This document shows, piece by piece, positions 27,150 to 38,727 of a stretch of 64,000 nucleotides of DNA (positions are counted from its first letter, which is position 1; every line of letters begins with the position of its first letter). This DNA comes from Nemertoderma westbladi (taxonomy: Eukaryota > Animalia > Xenacoelomorpha), in assembly GCA_032718475.1 (NCBI GenBank), contig JAUCBJ010006608.1, forward strand, positions 12,082 through 76,081. The letters are read 5' to 3'. The translations under genes and the position numbers were made by a program. The notes under the pieces were generated by a model. That model was given only the letters and a program-made list of their open reading frames with translations, did not search any database and was not told where the DNA came from.

Positions 27150-28217
27150 ATGGCCTTAACGCAAAAAACCGGAGCAACAAATAGCTGGAAATTTACTTAC
27201 AATAAATATACTTGTACCGTCGTTCACAGCAAGTATTTTATTGTGGAATCTCAGGAGGACAACGAATCAATTTGTTTTTCCCATCAAGATACCCGCTATT
27301 TGTTAGACATTCTAGAAACAACAACCAACAACCAACATCAATCCAGACCAGCAATTATACCAGGTAGGATATATCCAACTCTTCGTTTTGCTCGGGGAAA
27401 TTTGAATATTTCCATCAACCCCACATCGGGTGATGTTTACGTTCAGAAACAAGGCAAATGTAAAGTTCTCAACAAAGCTTTTACTGAAGTTCTAATTCAA
27501 TACAGAGGGAAATTATTGCAATTTCTCTCTCCACCGCTAGAGATTATTAGCGATCAATTCTACATTGAATTATCAAATCCAGAGTTTATTGGATTTGTAA
27601 CAGCTTTTAAAGGAACCAACTATGTTGGCTTATGGAAAATCAGCCTCAGATACGCTGATAGTGTTGGTTTTAACTATTATACAGGTTTCAATTTGTCAAA
27701 ACAGGAACTAACCGTTTTGTTGCGAGAGTGGGACAACCAAGTCGATGAAACAGACAAGCATCTTTTTGATAAAAATATCATTCAATTATCAGACCGGCTC
27801 AAAATGATTAAAACCAATAATAAAAAAATTATTATTATCACCAACACCGATAATTCTACTGAATTAGGTGCCGGCGGAAATTCTATTGAGTTGCATTACC
27901 TGAATGATAAAGCTCATATTAGTTTTCTCAAAGAATCGATGGATGGCGTTTCTCTTACTGAAGCCCATGTTGACGGTTTTGTCCTTTTGGATAAACCTAA
28001 AGCATTCGTAGAGATCCCATCACCTAATCCAGATGTTGAAGAGAGTTGCTCTCAACCGCAACAGGTCTTTCCTGAAATATTACCTCGAAAGCCAAGATCA
28101 TCGAGTAAATTTACCAACGCATCACCTGCAAAGAAACAGAAAGTTGTCAGTAACCCAGTTCTAGTAGAGCCTGTTACTAATTCTCCATGGAAACCAGATT
28201 ATTATCCTAATATGTAA
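27150..28217 (+). CDS. Polinton accessory protein, possibly tandem PC4/whirly-like ssDNA-binding repeats with a C-terminal NLS
   Basis: 355-aa ORF; FVTAFKGTNYVGLWK...TGFNLSKQELTVL resembles the PC4 V..FKG..YV.IR...GISL...Q...L motif; similar GVSLTEAHV downstream; SPAKKQKV NLS-like. Confidence 0.5.
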   Translation: MALTQKTGATNSWKFTYNKYTCTVVHSKYFIVESQEDNESICFSHQDTRYLLDILETTTNNQHQSRPAIIPGRIYPTLRFARGNLNISINPTSGDVYVQKQGKCKVLNKAFTEVLIQYRGKLLQFLSPPLEIISDQFYIELSNPEFIGFVTAFKGTNYVGLWKISLRYADSVGFNYYTGFNLSKQELTVLLREWDNQVDETDKHLFDKNIIQLSDRLKMIKTNNKKIIIITNTDNSTELGAGGNSIELHYLNDKAHISFLKESMDGVSLTEAHVDGFVLLDKPKAFVEIPSPNPDVEESCSQPQQVFPEILPRKPRSSSKFTNASPAKKQKVVSNPVLVEPVTNSPWKPDYYPNM

Positions 28218-28416
28218 GCCTAATCATAAGTTAAACTCTTTGCGGTTTCCAATAGTCATAAGCGATTGGTGATTGGTGATTGGTTTAAAATTATTTCCCT
28301 CGCTAGCATATAAATGTTTAGATATAGTCAATATCATATCATTTCATTTTATTTTAATCTTTGGACATATTTTATTATTATCATTATTATTATTATTTAT
28401 CTAAACAAACTTCAAC

Positions 28417-31400
28417 ATGGATAAAATAACAATATGTTGTTCATTCTGTCATATGAATGTAACTAGACATAATTATTTACGCCACCTACGCTCGCATTTT
28501 GAAAGTTATTCTTGTTTTAAGTGTCATGTCGTGACTTCATGCAGCGAAATTTGTAAACGACATGAAACAACTACTGGTTGTAAAGAAATGGAGTTCCGCA
28601 CCTATCAATTGACTTGTTCTACCTGTAATAAAGAGTATACATATGAGAATTATATACGACACGATTGTCACTTGAAATGTTTCTACACAAGAAAGCGTAA
28701 ATTTCCGCAACATAAAAATATAATATCCAGAAAAAACTTAAGGGTGGCTCTTGGTACATGCGTAACAATTTTTACGCGGGAACAAGAAGCTCACGATAAT
28801 CATCTTGAAATTTATGTCCACGACCTCCCAACTTCTAGAGATTATCCCGATGTAGAAACAGCATTAGTGCAAATTCGAGGTAATATTCTTCAGTTAATAT
28901 TAGATAGATTGAAAGAAATGAATGTTCAAAGACTGTGGTTAGGTCTAAATGTATTAATGTACAGATCACATTTTTCAGAAGGTGAGCAATTGGAAACCTT
29001 TTATTTTAATTCTTCCGGTGGTGCTATTAATACTGTAGATTCATCGCAAAGTTTTGACACATGGTTTGAGTATGTGGTGGAAAATATGTTACAAAAAATA
29101 GCCATCTTTAACACACGTGGTTCGGGGTGGCGTATTAAATCTTTATTAAGGGTTGAAATTAAATTAGCTGAATCTAAGTGTAGGTCGTTACTATATAAGG
29201 GGCATGGATATATGGAATTACCTAAGGCTCTATCAGGTAAACAGTGTGTTATAAATGTACAATCGGCTGATAATGACTGTTTTAAATGGGCAATTATATC
29301 TGCAAAATTTAGTAGCAAAGTGAAAAACAACAAACAGCGTACTTCGTCGTACAAAAATTATATGAGTCATTTCATTTTTGACAATGGGAAAAATGATTAT
29401 CCAACAGAGTGGCAGTTAGCGATTAAACTTTTTGAAAAACAAAATTCAAAATATATAATTAATTTACTATGTTGGAATAACGACAACAAACGCACCCCCG
29501 TATCTATATTAAGACAACCTCCGTTTAGTAAAATTACACCCGATAAACAGTTATTAAATATATTACTTGTAGTAAAAAATAACAATGTACCTAAACTGAA
29601 TCATTATGTTTGCATAACTAACCTGAATCGATTGCTGAATATGAGAGCTCTTCATGTCATGAATAGGAAATATTGCGAAAGGTGTTTGACACATTTTTTT
29701 CGTGCGGAAGTTCTTCATCGACACCGTCTCGCCTGCTACCAAGGAAGAAGTCAACGATAGAAACTACCTAATAAAAAAAGAACACACATTAGTTTTACAA
29801 ATTTAGATAGAACCTTAACCCCATTGTTTGTCACCTACTTTGATATAGAATGTATCTTACAACCGTCAGTTAATAATCAAATTATACAGGAGCATATACA
29901 GTGTGCTGTGAGTTATTTAATTGTTCCCAATACTGAATTAATTGATGCTCCAAAATGTCATTTGAAAACATTCGTAAAGTCAAATAAGAATAATTGTATT
30001 CAAGATTTCTTAGATTCATTATATACTGATTTAACTGAATTATATTGTTGGTCAGAAATATACACGCATAAAACTATGTCATTTACTAATATTGATTTTG
30101 TAAATTTTGAACAAGCAAAATTTTGTTTTTATTGTAATGTTACTTTAAATAATAATGTAGGGAAAAACAGACATCATTCACATATTACAGGTAAATATAT
30201 TGCGGCAGCCTGTAATAGTTGTAACCGAAGTTTATCATTGAAACGATACCTGTATGTACTTTGCGGTCATAATTCCAACAATTACGATATACATTGTATA
30301 TTACAAAGCGGATTTAGAGATAAGAAATACACAGATTGGGATATAAAGGTTATACCGAGAAATACAGAACGATATATTTCACTGAGTGCATTTATCCCAA
30401 TTAAAAACACTTCTAAGAAAATTGAGTTACGTTTCTTAGACACATATCAATTTTTAAGCTTTTCTTTAAGTAATTTAGTTGAGTGTTCAACAAAGGATGT
30501 AGCGAGTCATGATATAAGCTCAATTTTACCTATTACTCTACAAGAAATGAAATATTTTTATCCAAACTTGAATAACTCAACAATTAAACGGAAAGAAGTA
30601 TTTCCATACGAGTACTTGACAGATATAAATAAATTTAATGATACTGGTTTGCCGTCTATAAATAATTTTTTTTAGTAACTTAAGTCAAAAAACATGCACA
30701 ATTGAAGATTATACGTTTGCGGGAATATCATGGGTAGAATTCGACTGTGTGAATCTCAAAGATTATCTTTTAGCCTATTTAAAACTCGATGTTTGTTTGC
30801 TTGCTGATATATTTGAGAATTTTAGGAATGTTTGTAAACAAAATTACGATTTAGAAGCGGTTTTTTACTGTAGTATCGCGTCATTTACCTATGATTGCGC
30901 GCTAAAATATAATAAATGTAAAATAGAATTAATAAAGGATTATCAGACATATAGAGATTTTGAAAAATCAATTAGGGGTGGTGTTTCATTTTGTCGTAAG
31001 CATTATATAGAATCAAATATACCAGGTACAAGTACATATGATTCTACTAAGGAAGAATGCCATATTTTTAATATTGATTTCAACTCTTTATATTCTGGGA
31101 ATTTAAGTAAAAAACTACCCACCTCACAATTCAAAGAAGTAAGTATTAAACATTTAGAGAATGCAATTCCAGAAAAACTAATCGAGTACTTGGTAGATTT
31201 AGACATTGATGGATCTACTGGATATTTTTTAATATGTGATTTAAATTATCCCAAGGCTATTCACGATCAAACATTACAATTACCGTTAGCTCCTGAGCAT
31301 TTAAGTATAAATGAATCAATGCTTTCGCCTTATATGATGGAAAAATTTAATAACTTGTCAATACAAAGAGGTACCTCCCGTAAATATAGAATGTCTATAC

Positions 31401-33003
31401 CAAAACTCATGCTGACACAATTTGATAAAGAGTTTTATCATTTACATTTGAAACTGTTAAAATTTTATATAAAACATGGATTAATTGTTACTAAACTACA
31501 TAAATTATATTCTTTTCAACAAGAATTTGTATTTAAAAATTACATCGATTTTAATATTAATCAAAGGCGACTGGCAAAAAGTTATATTGAAACAGCTGTC
31601 GCGAAATTGCTCAATAATTCGCTGTTTGGCAAATCAATAGAAAAGATAAGAGATCGATGTAACTTCCGTATTGCAAATAGCAACGATAAATGCGATCAAT
31701 TGGTAAATCGTATTAATCATGAACAATTTATAATATACAATAATACACTATCAGGACATTTATTAGTGAAAGACTCTGTAACTCTCGATAAGCCTATATT
31801 TATTGGTAGCACTGTGTTGGACTTGGCTAAATTGGATATGTATGAGCTGTATTACAATAAATTGCTACCTATTGAGAAAGAATTAAACTGCCGTATTGAA
31901 ATTGCTGCATCAGAGACTGACTCATTGATAGGTTGTTACTATAATACATCGCAGAATAATTTTTTAAAAGCATTAATTAAAAATAATATTTTAGATACAT
32001 CCAATTACCCTAAGGATCACCCACTCTACAGCGATAAAAATAAATCCAGACTCTATTACTGTAAAGACGAACTAGCCTCACGTGAAATTAAACAAGCAGT
32101 ATTTTTAAGACCAAAATTATATTCAATTTTGGAATGGAATAATAAAAATATTCGTAGAGCAAAAGGTATTACAAGAGCTGTTATGGAAACGAATATTATA
32201 CATGAAGAATATTTAAAAGCATATAACTCAAATGAAGAAATAAAAAAAAACATACACAGATTTCAATCTAAATTACATCGTATTTATACCTTAAAGCAAA
32301 ATAAATTTGCACTCAGTAGCTTTGATGATAAACTTTATTGGGTTGATAAAAATCAATCACTTCCTTGGGGGCACTATAAAACAAACCTCAAAAAACCTAT
32401 AAAAATATCAAATATACCAATTTATGAAGAACCAAAAGACGACGGTGTTGATGATGAATATCAAATAGTAAATAAAAATATAAGTTGTAAGCAGATTATT
32501 TATGGACTTAATTTAAAAGAATTAAAAAATCAATTGAATGGTAAAATTGTACTCAAACCTAATCAGTTTATATATAAGGTATTTGGTGCAACCATATTAA
32601 TGTTTACAAATGGACGAATAACAATTCTCGGTAGAAAATATAATTTTAATAAAGTGAAAAAACATATATTAGAAAAAACAAACATTAATTTGATTTTTAA
32701 ATCAATCAATTTGTGTACTTATATTTTTAGTATCGATACTGTAATTTATAGGTTACTTATAAACAATATCGGTTTTATGTTATATTTGATAATGTTAAAC
32801 TAGAAATTTCATACGACCCTGAAATATTCAATAACTGTAAAGTCAGAATAAATAATATTGTTGTTGTTTGCTGTTTCTACACTGGTAAATGTACATTAAT
32901 GTGTTCCCCGTTTAAATTTCATATATATTATCCTATATTCAACAAACTGGTTAATAATTTATTATTGTTTGGTGTGGGGGTTTTTGATGTAAAATATAAT
33001 TAG
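28417..33003 (+). pseudogene. polB: Protein-primed family B DNA polymerase with N-terminal Zn fingers, Endo VII-like Zn insert and C-terminal TBP-like extension; disrupted
   Basis: ExoI YFDIEC, ExoII HNSNNYD, ExoIII YLKLDV, motif A DFNSLY, motif B KLLNNSLFGK, motif C SETDS; in-frame TAG at 29758-29760; extra T in the T8 run at 30666-30673; further frameshift near 32752-32800. Confidence 0.93.
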
Positions 33004-33710
33004 TGTGAGTGAAATTTATTGTTGTTGCTGTTTGGTGGTGGAGATTTTTACTGTAAAATATATATATATTAAATTGGAGGGAGAAGAAATTTATGAATAT
33101 TTTTTTTTTAAATCAACAACTAGTTTGAGGGGAAATTAACTAACTAACTTCAGTAGAGCGATTGCTTGTAACACTCAAGTAGGCATAGTATACTCAGTGG
33201 CCGTAGCTAGCTAGCTAGCTAACTAAGCATCGCTGCTCACGAGTGAGCTACAATAGCGCATCTGTTACTTATGAGTGTGCGTGTGTGTGCAGCAGACAAC
33301 GCTAAGCTCAGTGAGAAAAAGATTAGGGGTATGTGCTGGTATTCATAGTCAAAGACGACGCCATCCTATCTGTTACTAGTCTGTATACCGGCACATATTA
33401 TTATTATTAAAACATCCTCTATGCATCTCCCTACATTCAGAATAGAACAATGAACAGAGCATATATCGCTAATCCGCATGGGAAAGGTTTATGTTCTACA
33501 TTTTGTTAACTATGTTAATTATTTTATAATTTTTTGTAATGTAAACATCTGCGACCCACTGCAAAAATATATATAAACTCAATTTTCAAACAATGACCTA
33601 TAATTTTGTTAACCAAAATAAGAAAAAAAAATAAAAATACCGGTATACTGTATCCACCCTGTCTGTTACCCTTAGACTATATATATAAACTAACCTGAGA
33701 CAGCAAGAAG

Positions 33711-34112
33711 ATGACTTTCGCCTATATCAACAACCGGTCGTTGAAAAGCAGCATAAAGTTTGATTTTGAGAGTGAGGATACTTTTGTATCATCCTCAAAC
33801 GTATCTGATTTGGAAATCAGATACATTAATAAAAAATTTGAAATCGGATTTACCAATATCATCAATCACGAACATGGTGTAACAAAGTTAGAAACAACAA
33901 AAAACTTTACTTTGAACATAAGAATAAATCCAGGAACGGAAGAAGAAGAAGAAGTTACCGGTAATCAAAACGAATTAATACCACTACAAGAGAATTGGGA
34001 AACAGAGACCGCTGCAACTATACCAGAACCGATAGAGACTATTTGGAAAGAAATTAAACTAGCAATGCCTACCTGTAATAATAATAGGCCTAATCATCAA
34101 CATTTTTCATAG
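33711..34112 (+). CDS. Polinton hypothetical protein (133 aa)
   Basis: ATG ORF preceded by TATATATAAA about 30 bp upstream; acidic C-terminal half; no recognisable motif. Confidence 0.5.
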   Translation: MTFAYINNRSLKSSIKFDFESEDTFVSSSNVSDLEIRYINKKFEIGFTNIINHEHGVTKLETTKNFTLNIRINPGTEEEEEVTGNQNELIPLQENWETETAATIPEPIETIWKEIKLAMPTCNNNRPNHQHFS

Positions 34113-35167
34113 ATGGATACTGGTATCTAACTAGTACACATGTACACCCGTACACTCATACTCATTTCTGCATTTATAAAGTAGACCTAAATGTCACCGG
34201 TCTGTGTATGTCTATATTATATGTAATTTAACTTAAAAAGTGGACGCATAAATAAATAAAATAAACTAACTAACTATGTTTTATATAGGTTCGTTAACAT
34301 AGAGTGAATGTTAGTAACCAGAGAATGTGGTGGATTTTATATAGTTATAGCTCAAACCACACCTATTGTATCAGCTAGAGTAACAGAGTGCGAGGGGATT
34401 TTATAGGGCCTATAGCGCTACCGAGGCCTAACCATACCTATTGTATCAATGTGGTAGGGGGGCTTTCAGTTGAGGAGTACCGTAGTCATTAGGCCTATAT
34501 GCCTAACGAATGAATGTGTGCCTATCCGTGTGTTCTAAAGGTTAACCGTAAAGCATATTGGGTCAACATTCGAAAAGGGGGCCGCATAAAGTTAACTATA
34601 GCTGTATAGGCTTACCTATGCAACAGCAGTAGCCCGCAGTAATGTAGATTAGACCAATTAAAGTTGTAAACAGAAAATTGGAAGCATTCAAGTGTAATAA
34701 CCTAATCCTTAAATCAAAGAAACCAGCACCAGCATGCTCTTGCTCTATTTAAGTATACCGGTACAAGAGTGCTACGGTGCCGGTACCAGTAGGCCTATTG
34801 TTAGGTGGGCCTCCTCTAATGCTGCATTCACGAACCCCCATGTCGACTTAATTTAATTTTATTATTAGTAAGTACGGTACCGGTAACGCTAAAGCTCTGT
34901 GGTTGCTGTTGGGGCCATTCTGCCGTTCTACAGTTTAGCATTGTTGGTATATGTAGTAAAATCAGCTAGCTACTGGTAGTTAAACTCTGATACAACAGCC
35001 GGCTACCGGTAGGTGAGGTGTGTTTGTGTGTACGTGTGAAAACTTAAGCCCTATACCTTCAGTCAAACTGAGATATTAAAAAATAGATTTTAATGTTTTT
35101 ATTATTTTTATTGACATTAAAACAATTACATTATAGCATCACATTACATTACATGCTTAGAGTAAAC

Positions 35168-35782
35168 CTACAGTACATCTTCCACCGCAGTTATTTCTTT
35201 CTGTTTATCATCATCATCATCAGTCGCAGTTAAACGCGTTAAACGCTTTCTCACAAAAAATCGTTTCAATTCAAACCCACCGACATGTTTTGCTGAGCAA
35301 TACCGCAGACAGTTATCCTTTGTGTTTAAGTGGAACGCACATTTATTTTCCAGTGCAATAAATTGATCGTGGAAGCGACAGGGGGTTAAATAATTGTAAT
35401 ATTGCTGATTATATATCCACAATTTATCCATCGAATTTGCTGCGAGAACATCAAGTTGGGAAACTAATATTGCCCGCTTCATCAACCCAAATACATGTAT
35501 ATTTTTTTTATATTTTAAATGTCTCTTCATGTATTTTTTAAAGTCATCTTGCGAAATGTCGCCGTAGTCCCAGGGCAAATGAGAAGTCATATCTCGTAAA
35601 TTGTTTACGTGAGCTACATCTAAAGCTGATAACTTAATATTAGGTGGGCCTTTAATTAAAAACGTCTTTACATTAGTTTTGGTGTAATTAGAATCGAATA
35701 TAGCAAATTCTTTAAATACTACCGGATACTCTTTATTGTCTATCTTATAATATTGAAAATCAACAAAAATAATATTATCCAT
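35168..35782 (-). CDS. DEDD/RNase H-like 3'-5' exonuclease-like protein
   Basis: IIFVDFQ...FKEFAIFD...LPWDYGDI...CAFH...CSAKHV pattern seen in Polinton-associated exonuclease-like proteins. Confidence 0.6.
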   Translation of the reverse strand: MDNIIFVDFQYYKIDNKEYPVVFKEFAIFDSNYTKTNVKTFLIKGPPNIKLSALDVAHVNNLRDMTSHLPWDYGDISQDDFKKYMKRHLKYKKNIHVFGLMKRAILVSQLDVLAANSMDKLWIYNQQYYNYLTPCRFHDQFIALENKCAFHLNTKDNCLRYCSAKHVGGFELKRFFVRKRLTRLTATDDDDDKQKEITAVEDVL

Positions 35783-35813
35783 TTTATCTGATAAACAAAA
35801 GCTAAATGATTAA

Positions 35814-36269
35814 TTACAATGCTTGTTGGTTTATTTTATAATAATTAACAAGCCATTTATATAATATTATTTCATTTATTTCCACATTATTTGTAAACGC
35901 ACTCATTGGATAGTTTGTGTGAATTCGATTTACCAAGTAATAAAGACAGTATAGGCCGCATGTGGTCCTCCTTGGGTCTTTAAATTGTTTGCGAGTAGTA
36001 CGCCATCTTGCGGAATTTTTCTCAAGCCATTTTTCGATGCATCTGTTTGGATATTTTGATCCGAATGAATCAAATAATTCAGCCTCATTATCTTGTATAT
36101 ATATTGCGATCCAATGAATCCCAGGCAGATGCTCTTTATCGGTATTTACTATTAACCCATAATCTCTTTGCTTATTATTATTATCTAATTTAGGTAATTT
36201 ATTAGCTGGAAACGCTCCCAAATAGTGACCACCCACTGGAAACATATCAAGGTCCTCTGTAGATAACAT
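35814..36269 (-). CDS. Adenain-like (C5/Ulp1-fold) cysteine maturation protease
   Basis: LIVNTD...PGIHWIAI...FDSFG...CGLYC catalytic H/D/C motifs. Confidence 0.92.
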   Translation of the reverse strand: MLSTEDLDMFPVGGHYLGAFPANKLPKLDNNNKQRDYGLIVNTDKEHLPGIHWIAIYIQDNEAELFDSFGSKYPNRCIEKWLEKNSARWRTTRKQFKDPRRTTCGLYCLYYLVNRIHTNYPMSAFTNNVEINEIILYKWLVNYYKINQQAL

Positions 36270-36342
36270 ACTTAATCGATATGTATTTCTTTCCTGCTAT
36301 TTAAACTTAATGATTGATCATAAATATTAAAAACGATTACAT

Positions 36343-36816
36343 TTATGCGGGTCGCTTTAAATCTCTATAAACTTTTTCTACAACTGACCTTGTTGACGGT
36401 TTCATTTTATTTAATGCTTTATTAATAACCGTATTAGCCTGCTGATGTAAGACCCGCTTACCTTTTGGTATTACGTGTTGTCTCATAAATTTTGTGGTAA
36501 ATGGTAAAGCTTTTTGTAAAACTTTTTTAGCTAATGGCTTACCAAATTTTTTCAATGTCGATAAAGCGTCTGTAAATATACCTTCTCCGTGTTGATTTGC
36601 CCGCATACCTCTACGATAATGCTGAAAACGACGTTGTTTTAAGTTTGGACCAAATGCACCAATTTGTTGACCGTAAGGGTCAATATATGAACCACCTCGA
36701 AAAACAGGAACTTGCGTCGAGCCTCTCGTACTTCTACCACCTTTAAAATCAGCAAGATTAGAGTCTGAACCACCATATTGAGGTTTACTGTATCTTTGAA
36801 ATAAATCAGAATCCAT
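36343..36816 (-). CDS. Small basic virion core-like protein with protease-site-like xGG motifs
   Basis: QYGG, FKGG, FRGG and QHGEGIF followed by a K/R-rich amphipathic helix; lies downstream of the penton-like genes. Confidence 0.65.
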   Translation of the reverse strand: MDSDLFQRYSKPQYGGSDSNLADFKGGRSTRGSTQVPVFRGGSYIDPYGQQIGAFGPNLKQRRFQHYRRGMRANQHGEGIFTDALSTLKKFGKPLAKKVLQKALPFTTKFMRQHVIPKGKRVLHQQANTVINKALNKMKPSTRSVVEKVYRDLKRPA

Positions 36817-36817
36817 T

Positions 36818-37621
36818 TTAATTTATTCGTTTAAAGTGTAAGGTAATAGATGTTGTCCCGTATTCAAAATTCAAATCTTTTCCTTCTTTGTCTGTTATTT
36901 CAATATGAATGTATGTTATCTTATATGATTTTTTTACAGGGATATAATGAATTGTATCCTTGACAAATTCTTTATTTATTACGCTACCATATTTCACGTC
37001 ATCAGGTATCGCAACACGACGAAGTAAAGCTAAACCAAAGTCATTAATTTATTGATTTTCAATTATATTAGGGCATAAAAATACCATCTGGTAAGCTTTT
37101 TCTCCATTTCCGATAACCTTTATTAAATAGCCCTTTATATTATTTTTCGTCTTCAAAATAATTTTAAAATTTGGATTTAAATTCGCGCCGAGATTATTTT
37201 CAGTAATTCCAAAATAATAGGCTAATTGTTGACCTATAAATAACTCTCGCACAGTTTTCCCTAAAATAAATTGCAATCTATTTTGCTGAGTATTTTCAAC
37301 TATTTGTAATTTATCTTTCAACGCCCCCGTGTTAAAATAATCTATAATGTCATTGATACTGTAGAACAACCCGGATGGAAGTGTATCCTCAAAATTTTTT
37401 TTCCCTTTTTTTAATAAAATAACATTCTCTACATTGTTATACATGGACGGCAACGTTGCTAAGTAAAATATACTTTTTGTACCTACCACCCAGTTTTCGT
37501 TTGGGTTTATAGGTAAGGCGCCATGGAAATTGATCTGATAACTACTAGCAGAATTACGTGGAAAATCAATTGGACAGGAGTTACTTGGTAGTCTTACATA
37601 GAATTCATCCATCGCTGCCAC
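36818..37621 (-). pseudogene. Second penton/minor capsid-like gene with an internal stop
   Basis: FYVRLPSNS...FPRNSASSY N-terminus; in-frame TAA at 37049-37051, then INDFGLALLRRV...HYIPV...IHIEITDKEGKDLNFEYGTTSITLHFK*. Confidence 0.8.
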
Positions 37622-38477
37622 CCCATATTAACTTAAGTGTTATAACAGTGCGACCTCTGCTAAAATTAATTAATTCGCCTTGATCGTCACGTAAAGTAAT
37701 TAAGATTGTTTTTAATTTTTTATTCAACAATGGGTAATAGCAAATGCTCTCGTATTCATGATTAATATATTTTCGATTTAATTGCGTTAAAGGGCAGGTT
37801 CTTAAGAGCGGAGCTAAAGCATCACCAACAAATGAGCTCTTAATAATATCAGTATATATGAAAATTGTATCTTTATTACGTGTTATATTCGTGGGAGCTG
37901 GAAAATCTAAAATGCCAATTTCCGAAATTTTTGGTCCGCTATAATTTAAAATTAATATCGGCTGTTCTATATTGCTTAATTCATCTACTGTAGTGGTACT
38001 GTATATATCCCAATTCGGAATATCCGGATGATTCTGATCCAATAATGGTTTTAAGCCTAGAATTTGTATTAAATCACCACGTAGACTTAATTGTATTTTT
38101 TTCAACTTTTTAGGAAATTTAAATTTAATTCTAGAATTATTTGTATTAAAAATGAATTCGAAATCTCTATATTTCGCTTCAGAATTAAACAGTTTATTTA
38201 TATCATCAATAATCACTTGAATAGAGCTATGCATACCAGGAAATAAACTATATAATTTGGCATCTTTTGCATCTACCCCGATTGACAGCGAGATTTGAGT
38301 TTGCAGTGTAATATTACTGTATGTTGCTTGGTATTGAAGCTCAGCCAAACCAATTTTAGCGTTTGGACCAATATATAATTCTTCGGCTAAATCAACAGTA
38401 AACTCACTAGGATTATTATTGGGGTAAGTGTTTAATGAGCTATCTGAAAGTAGAGTGATATATGTATCTGTGGCCAT
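37605..38477 (-). CDS. Penton/minor capsid protein (PX-like)
   Basis: YITLLSDSS..YPNNNPSEFTVDL...GLAELQY N-terminus and IFIYTDII...VGDALAPLLR...YYPL...ITLRDDQGELINFSRGRTVITLKL C-terminus. Confidence 0.85.
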   Translation of the reverse strand: MATDTYITLLSDSSLNTYPNNNPSEFTVDLAEELYIGPNAKIGLAELQYQATYSNITLQTQISLSIGVDAKDAKLYSLFPGMHSSIQVIIDDINKLFNSEAKYRDFEFIFNTNNSRIKFKFPKKLKKIQLSLRGDLIQILGLKPLLDQNHPDIPNWDIYSTTTVDELSNIEQPILILNYSGPKISEIGILDFPAPTNITRNKDTIFIYTDIIKSSFVGDALAPLLRTCPLTQLNRKYINHEYESICYYPLLNKKLKTILITLRDDQGELINFSRGRTVITLKLIWGGSDG

Positions 38478-38727
38478 TATTATTATTATTTAAGCTCTCT
38501 CTCTCTACTTGACTCCATTGTACATACAGCACAGTATAATGTTAAATTATAGACATCTGTGACCACGTTCATTGTCGCATCTTCTACAGTATATGCGAGG
38601 GATCAATATTTTACTGGCTTTATTTAAAACGGATGAACTATAGATATAGTAATATCATTCGAGTTAATATTGATTAATTACGGTCATATGCGACCAAAAT
38701 GAATTAATATACAGTATAAACCTAAGC

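Noticed and set aside
30666-30673. Programmed ribosomal frameshift in polB
   Set aside because: A single extra T in a homopolymer, in an element with many other lesions; mutation or sequencing error is simpler
29001-32253. Minus-strand ORFs within polB
   Set aside because: Antisense shadows of the AT-rich polymerase frame, with no motifs
33004-35167. Possible hidden major capsid remnant in the Polinton's central non-coding gap
   Set aside because: Only a 133-aa ORF and low-complexity filler; no jelly-roll-like motif recognised by eye, though a profile search is still needed
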